Source: Desulfomonilia bacterium (GTDB lineage: Bacteria > Desulfobacterota > Desulfomonilia > UBA1062). From it: a DNA stretch of 64,000 bases. This document shows positions 58,799 through 64,000 of this stretch, piece after piece. The stretch spans positions 1 to 64,000 of the forward strand of contig JBEKDT010000003.1 of assembly GCA_050014195.1 (NCBI GenBank). Direction: 5' to 3'. The position numbers were made by a program, and so were the translations under genes. The notes beneath the pieces are model-generated. The model worked only from the letters and a program-made list of their open reading frames with translations. It did not search any database and was not told the DNA's origin. Positions within the stretch are counted from its first letter, which is position 1. Each line of letters starts with the position of its first letter.

Positions 58799-61461
58799 AC
58801 ACTGAATTGATCAATAAGCTGACCGGTTCAAGAAAACGACTCGCTGAGAGTCTTAAGTTATCCCCGATCCTTCGGAAGGAAGCAGAGGAAGGCGGCTGCG
58901 GCGTGGTCGGTTTCTGCTGCAGCGAGCCGGTTGCGGGCCGGCACATTTACGAACCGTCGCGCCAGATGCACAACCGCGGGAACGGCAAGGGCGGCGGCAT
59001 CGCCGCGGTGGGGTTCGTCCCGGAGCAGCTTGGGGTCAGCCGCGAGGTGCTGGGCACCCATTACCTGCTGAACGTGGCCTTCATCGACACTTCTTTGCGT
59101 CCGGAAATCGAAGAGGAGTTTATCAAGCCGTTCTTTGACGTCGCCGCCTCTGCGCAGTTCGACAAGGTGGACGACTGGAAATCCGTGCCGGGCCTTGAGG
59201 TGCTCCCGCCGGATGTCTGCCGTTACTTTGTACGCGTCAAGCCGCAGGTGCTCTTCGAGTTCATCGAGAAGAACGGCCTGCAGGCGCTCGACCGCGGCGA
59301 GGCGGAGGACGAATTCGTCAACCAGAACAGCTTCAGCCTCAATCAGAAGTATTACGCGTCCCTGGGCGAAAAACGCGCCTTCGTGCTCTCGCACGGCCGG
59401 GATATCATGATCCTTAAAGTTGTCGGCTATGCCGAAGCCATCGTGAAGTATTACAAAATCGAGGATCTGTGCGCCCACATATGGATCGCCCACCAGCGAT
59501 TCCCCACCAAGGGCCGCGTCTGGCACCCCGGCGGCGCCCATCCGTTCGCGGCCATTGACATGGCACTGGTGCACAACGGCGACTTTGCCAACTACCATTC
59601 GGTGACCGAATATCTCAAGCAGCGCCACATCTATCCCCAGTTTCTCACCGATACGGAAGTGTCCGCACAGCTCTTCGACCTGCTCAGCAGGACCTACCAT
59701 TACCCGCTGGAATACATCATCGAAGCCCTGGCGCCGACCACGGAGCTGGACTTCGACCGGCTCGACCCTGAGAAGCAGAAGATTTACCGGGCCATCCAGG
59801 CCACCCACATGCACGGCTCGCCCGACGGCCCCTGGTTCTTCATCATTGCCCGCAACCTCGCCCGCGTCAAACAGTTCCAGTTAATGGGCATCACCGACAC
59901 CGCGATGCTGCGGCCCCAGGTGTTCGCCTTCTGCGACGGCGAAGTCCAGGTGGGGCTGATCGCCTCGGAAAAGCAGGCCATTGACGCCACGCTCATGAGC
60001 CTGTCGAAGGATGACAAGCGGATCTGTCCCGTGGCGGACCGCTACTGGAATGCGCGCGGCGGCAGCTATGACGATGGCGGGGCGTTCATTTTCAACCTGA
60101 AGAAAGATCCGGCCGGCAAAATCCGGATCACCTGCACGGACAAATTCGGCACGCAGGTCGCTATGCCGGGCGGTACCGAGTCGTGCGATTTTTCCAAGGA
60201 ATTTTCATTATCCTCCGAATCGAGGGAGACTATACAGACAATAATCAGCGAGAGATTTATACCCGGCAACAGCGTCGCGATTTTTGAAATGATCCGCGGC
60301 CTCATACCGAACTCGACGTTTGACGAGATCGATCTGGCGTGCCGGCAGATCATCAACCAGGCCAGGGACTCTTCCAAGACGGCCACGGCGATAGAAGTCC
60401 TGACGCTGCTCAACGACCGGCGCTACTCGACCGGCTCGAAGAGACGCAGCCACGTGCTCCACATCGTGCGCACCGAGCTGAACGCTCTGTTCTCAAGCCT
60501 CCCCAAAATCAGCGACAAGGATGCCGCAAAGGGCGCGTATCGCCTGGTTGATTTTACGTCGCGCGGACACCTGCGGGGGCCGCAAGGCATGGAAAACACG
60601 CTGGTGATCGACGCCGCCGGATTTCCACCCGAAGGATACGACTGCGACGCCGCGCTGCTGGTTGACGCTTTTATGTTAGGCTGGCGCCGTTTCATCTGCT
60701 TCAACTGCATCGGCCAGCGGTACACCGGCTGCGGCCTCGGTCCGGAAACCGGGGATGTTACCATCGACGTGTACGGCAGCAGCGGCGATTATCTCGGTTC
60801 GGGCATTGACGGGCTGACGATCACGGTGCACGGCAACGCCCAGGACCAACTGGGGCAGATCGTCAAGCTGGGGAAAATGGTCATCCACGGCGACGTGGGC
60901 CAGACCTTCATGTACGGTGCCAAGGGCGGCGAGGTCTATGTGCTCGGCAACGCGGCGGGAAGGCCGCTCATCAACTCCGTGGGCCGGCCCAAGGTGGTCA
61001 TCAACGGCACCTGCCTCGACTTCCTCGGCGAGTCCTTCATGGCCGGCGACCCGCTCAATGGCGGCGGCTTCGTGATCTTAAACGGCGTCAAGCTCGATGA
61101 CGAAGGGAAACCGGTTCCGCTTCTTGATCCTTACCCGGGCAGCAACCTATTTTCGCTGGCTTCGGGCGGCGCCATTTTTGTCCGCGACCCGGGAAAGACC
61201 CTGGTGGACCAGCAGCTGAACGGCGGCCGGTTCGCCAAGGTGACCGACGCCGACTGGGAGCTGATCCTGCCGTTCCTGGAGGAGAACCAGAAACATTTCG
61301 GGATAACCGTCAGTGCGCTTTTGACCGTGGATGGCAAGCAGCTCGAGCCGTGCCGGGTGTATCGCAAGGTTGTTCCCGGCAATGTAAAGGACATTGTCCT
61401 GGAGGACACCGACGATGTCTGGGCTGAAGAACCGATTGAAGAACTGGCCGTGAATAAATAA
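58795..61461 (+). CDS. Glutamate-synthase-like class II amidotransferase plus GXGXG-domain protein
   Basis: EEGG-CGVVG, AHQRFPT, AHPF, VHNG, TDTE; C-terminal GSSGDYLG/GNAQD/GDVG/GNAAG repeats; ATGA overlap with the previous gene. Confidence 0.88.
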   Translation: MNTELINKLTGSRKRLAESLKLSPILRKEAEEGGCGVVGFCCSEPVAGRHIYEPSRQMHNRGNGKGGGIAAVGFVPEQLGVSREVLGTHYLLNVAFIDTSLRPEIEEEFIKPFFDVAASAQFDKVDDWKSVPGLEVLPPDVCRYFVRVKPQVLFEFIEKNGLQALDRGEAEDEFVNQNSFSLNQKYYASLGEKRAFVLSHGRDIMILKVVGYAEAIVKYYKIEDLCAHIWIAHQRFPTKGRVWHPGGAHPFAAIDMALVHNGDFANYHSVTEYLKQRHIYPQFLTDTEVSAQLFDLLSRTYHYPLEYIIEALAPTTELDFDRLDPEKQKIYRAIQATHMHGSPDGPWFFIIARNLARVKQFQLMGITDTAMLRPQVFAFCDGEVQVGLIASEKQAIDATLMSLSKDDKRICPVADRYWNARGGSYDDGGAFIFNLKKDPAGKIRITCTDKFGTQVAMPGGTESCDFSKEFSLSSESRETIQTIISERFIPGNSVAIFEMIRGLIPNSTFDEIDLACRQIINQARDSSKTATAIEVLTLLNDRRYSTGSKRRSHVLHIVRTELNALFSSLPKISDKDAAKGAYRLVDFTSRGHLRGPQGMENTLVIDAAGFPPEGYDCDAALLVDAFMLGWRRFICFNCIGQRYTGCGLGPETGDVTIDVYGSSGDYLGSGIDGLTITVHGNAQDQLGQIVKLGKMVIHGDVGQTFMYGAKGGEVYVLGNAAGRPLINSVGRPKVVINGTCLDFLGESFMAGDPLNGGGFVILNGVKLDDEGKPVPLLDPYPGSNLFSLASGGAIFVRDPGKTLVDQQLNGGRFAKVTDADWELILPFLEENQKHFGITVSALLTVDGKQLEPCRVYRKVVPGNVKDIVLEDTDDVWAEEPIEELAVNK

Positions 61462-61476
61462 CCGGAGATTACTATC

Positions 61477-62043
61477 GTGATAACCATCAAGAAAAACAGG
61501 ATCGGCTATGGGCTGAAGAGCGCCGTCGAGGAGCTGACCGGCGTTGACGGAAACGTCTGCCTGCAGTGCAAGAAATGCTCGAGCGGATGCCCGGTGGCAA
61601 AGCTCGCCAGAACCCGGCCATCGGAAATCATGCGTCTGCTGCACCTCGGCGCCGGGGAGGAACTGCTCGAGCGCGACCTCGTCTGGCTGTGCGTCTCGTG
61701 CGAAACCTGCTCGTCGCGCTGCCCCATGCGCATTGATGTGGCCGCTGTCATGGACTCGCTCCGCCGACTTGCCTTAGAGCGGGGCGCGCCGAAACCTCAA
61801 GGCGACATGCCGCTGTTCAACCGCGCATTCTTGAAGACGGTCGAGATCTTCGGCCGCCCCTACGATATCGCCATGATCACCGCCTACAAGATCGGCACGG
61901 GCAAATTGATGGACGACACGGAAAAATTCCCGGCCATGCTGAAGAAGGGAAAAATCGCGCTGCTGCCGCCGCTTAATGGCGACAGGAAAACCGTGAAACG
62001 TATTTTCAAAAAAACAAAACAAAACCGAGGAACCCGAGCATGA
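61477..62043 (+). CDS. hdrC: HdrC-like Fe-S subunit
   Basis: CLQCKKCSSGCP and WLCVSCETCSSRCP. Confidence 0.88.
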   Translation: MITIKKNRIGYGLKSAVEELTGVDGNVCLQCKKCSSGCPVAKLARTRPSEIMRLLHLGAGEELLERDLVWLCVSCETCSSRCPMRIDVAAVMDSLRRLALERGAPKPQGDMPLFNRAFLKTVEIFGRPYDIAMITAYKIGTGKLMDDTEKFPAMLKKGKIALLPPLNGDRKTVKRIFKKTKQNRGTRA

Positions 62044-62918
62044 AATACGCCTACTATCCCGGATGCTCGACTGAATCCACAGCCCGCGACATGAACCAGT
62101 CCACGTATGCGGTCGCCCGGGCTCTTAAGCTCGATTTCGAGGAACCCAAAGGCTGGACCTGCTGCGGCGCCACCGCGGGTCACCAGACCGATCGAGAGCT
62201 CGCCGTTGCATTGTCCGCCGCCAACCTGGCCAAGGTCCAGGACATGAAGTTGGACATGGTCGTCAATTGCGCCGCCTGCTACAACCGGATGAAGGTAGCC
62301 AACCACGAAATTTCCACCCACGCCGCTGTCCGCCGGAACGTCCGTGACGCGCTCGAGAGGGATTACGACGGGACGGTCAAGGTCCGCCACCTCCTCGAGG
62401 TGCTCCTGGAGGATATCGGCCTGCCAACCCTCACCAAGTCCCTCAAACGAACGCTGAACGGCCTCAAGGTGGCCTGCTACTACGGCTGCCTGCTGGTCCG
62501 TCCGCCGGAGATTTTACAGTTCGACGACCCTGAGAATCCGAAGTCTCTCGACCGCCTGGTGACTGCGATGGGTGGCGTTAGCCTCGACTGGCCCTGCAAG
62601 GTCGATTGCTGCGGCGGCAGCCTGTCGCTGTCGCGGACCGACGTGGTAGTCCAGCTCACCGAGTCCATTCTCGATATGGCGGTCCAGTCGGGCGCCGAGT
62701 GCATCGCGGTCAGCTGTCCCATGTGCCAGATTAACCTCGATGTGCGGCAGCAGGACATCAACAAGCTCTCGGGCAGGAACTACCGCATGCCGGTGATTTA
62801 CATCACCCAGCTCCTCGGGCTTTGCCTGGGCCTTGACGCGAGCGAGCTCGGATTTGAAAAGCTGATGGTCCCCGCTGAAAACGTCTTAAAAAAAATGGAA
62901 GTAAACTCTCATGAGTAA
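62040..62918 (+). CDS. hdrB: HdrB-like CCG-domain subunit
   Basis: YYPGC, WTCCG, CAAC, YYGC, CCGG, CPMC. Confidence 0.9.
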   Translation: MKYAYYPGCSTESTARDMNQSTYAVARALKLDFEEPKGWTCCGATAGHQTDRELAVALSAANLAKVQDMKLDMVVNCAACYNRMKVANHEISTHAAVRRNVRDALERDYDGTVKVRHLLEVLLEDIGLPTLTKSLKRTLNGLKVACYYGCLLVRPPEILQFDDPENPKSLDRLVTAMGGVSLDWPCKVDCCGGSLSLSRTDVVVQLTESILDMAVQSGAECIAVSCPMCQINLDVRQQDINKLSGRNYRMPVIYITQLLGLCLGLDASELGFEKLMVPAENVLKKMEVNSHE

Positions 62919-64000
62919 ATCAGACGACAAGAAAATCGGCGCGGTGCTGGTGCAGGGCGGCGGTATTGCCGGCGTCCAGGCGGCGCTCGATCTGGCAAAC
63001 AGCGGCTTCAAGGTTTATCTCATCGAGCGCGACGCAGCCATCGGCGGCATGATGGCGCACCTCGACAAGACCTTCCCGACCGGCGACTGTGCCACCTGCA
63101 TCGTCTCGCCCAAGCTCGTCGAATGCGCGCGGAACCTGAACATCGAGATCCTGACTCTTTCCGAGCTGGTGGGACTGGAAGGCGTACCCGGCCGGTTCAG
63201 GGCTACCGTCCTGCGGCATCCGCGGTATGTGGACGAGAACAAATGTACCGGGTGCAGCGAATGCACTTTAGTCTGTCCTGTGGACATTCCGGACGAGTTC
63301 AACCGCTGCCTGGGGACACGCAAGGGCATTGCCAAGCTTTACGCTCAGGCCACCCCGAACATTTTCGGCATCCTGAAAAACGGCCACTCGCCCTGCAAAA
63401 TGAAGTGCCCGGCCAGGGTGAACGTCCAGGGCTACGTGCAGCTCATCAAGCAGAAGGAATATGTCAAGGCGGTGGAGCTCATCAGAGAGCGGAACCCGCT
63501 TTCGGCCATCTGCGGCCGCATCTGCACCCACCCTTGCGAGTCCGAATGCACGAGGATGGGTGTCGACGCCCCTATCGCCATCCGGCTGCTGAAGCGGTTC
63601 GCATCGGACAAAGAAATGGAGATGCTCGCAGCTGGCGAGCTGGCCCTTCCGGAGGAAAAAGTAACCGCACCGGATGCCAAGAAGGTCGCGATCATCGGCG
63701 GCGGCCCGGCCGGTCTTACAGCAGCCAATGATCTGGCTGACGCCGGTTTCAGCGCCACGGTGTTCGAAGCCATGCCTGAAGCCGGCGGTATGCTCCGCTA
63801 CGGGATCCCAGAGTATCGCCTGCCCAAGAAGGTGCTCGACCACGAGATCGAGATCATTCGCCGCAAGGGCGTGACATTTGTATACAACTGCCGTATAGGA
63901 GGGGACGTCACTTTCGAGTCCCTCCGCAAGGATTATGCCGCTATCTTCATCTCTGCCGGCGCACAGAAAAGCCGCAAGCTCGGCGTTCAAGGCGAGGACA
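62911..64000 (+). CDS. hdrA: HdrA-like flavoprotein with GltD-like NAD(P)H module (HdrL type), runs off the window
   Basis: GGGIAG, LDKTFPTGDCATCI, CTGCSECTLVCP, then PCKMKCP..CGRICTHPCESEC, GGGPAG, GGMLRYGIPEYRLP. Absent from the ORF track because no stop falls in the window. Confidence 0.9.
   Translation, partial: MSKSDDKKIGAVLVQGGGIAGVQAALDLANSGFKVYLIERDAAIGGMMAHLDKTFPTGDCATCIVSPKLVECARNLNIEILTLSELVGLEGVPGRFRATVLRHPRYVDENKCTGCSECTLVCPVDIPDEFNRCLGTRKGIAKLYAQATPNIFGILKNGHSPCKMKCPARVNVQGYVQLIKQKEYVKAVELIRERNPLSAICGRICTHPCESECTRMGVDAPIAIRLLKRFASDKEMEMLAAGELALPEEKVTAPDAKKVAIIGGGPAGLTAANDLADAGFSATVFEAMPEAGGMLRYGIPEYRLPKKVLDHEIEIIRRKGVTFVYNCRIGGDVTFESLRKDYAAIFISAGAQKSRKLGVQGED

Noticed and set aside
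54506-64000. Selenocysteine in the MvhD-like or HdrA proteins
   Set aside because: The visible motif positions are Cys codons; no in-frame TGA was seen.

Overview
The window has two parts. Bases 1 to about 54,090 are a patchwork accessory region with AT-rich spacers, most likely tandem genomic islands integrated at the tmRNA (ssrA) locus. The evidence is a tmRNA-like 3' fragment at 54064-54091 and two 232-bp att-like direct repeats at 5132-5363 and 52614-52845. The cargo includes a protease, methyltransferase, duplicated nitroreductase and SDR genes, an RpoH-like sigma factor, Sel1 and ankyrin proteins, class I aldolase, IS1182 and IS110 elements, an RND efflux operon, a UGA-recoded (selenocysteine) DsbA/FrnE, a HEPN-motif protein, an Mla operon, an orphan integron-type cassette, CheB/CheR and a PAS kinase, a P-type ATPase, decayed glgP/ackA/ppk2 genes, IHF and HigBA. 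Unrelated cargo modules are repeatedly separated by copies of one degenerate intergenic repeat family, which I do not recognise. From about 54,500 to the end is a GC-rich, probably host-chromosomal operon: mvhD-like, metF, two Fe-S/FMN glutamate-synthase-like subunits, an amidotransferase+GXGXG subunit, hdrC, hdrB and an HdrA carrying a GltD-like module (runs off the window). Gene content suggests an anaerobic deltaproteobacterium (inference). All alignments were done by eye; no database searches were run.
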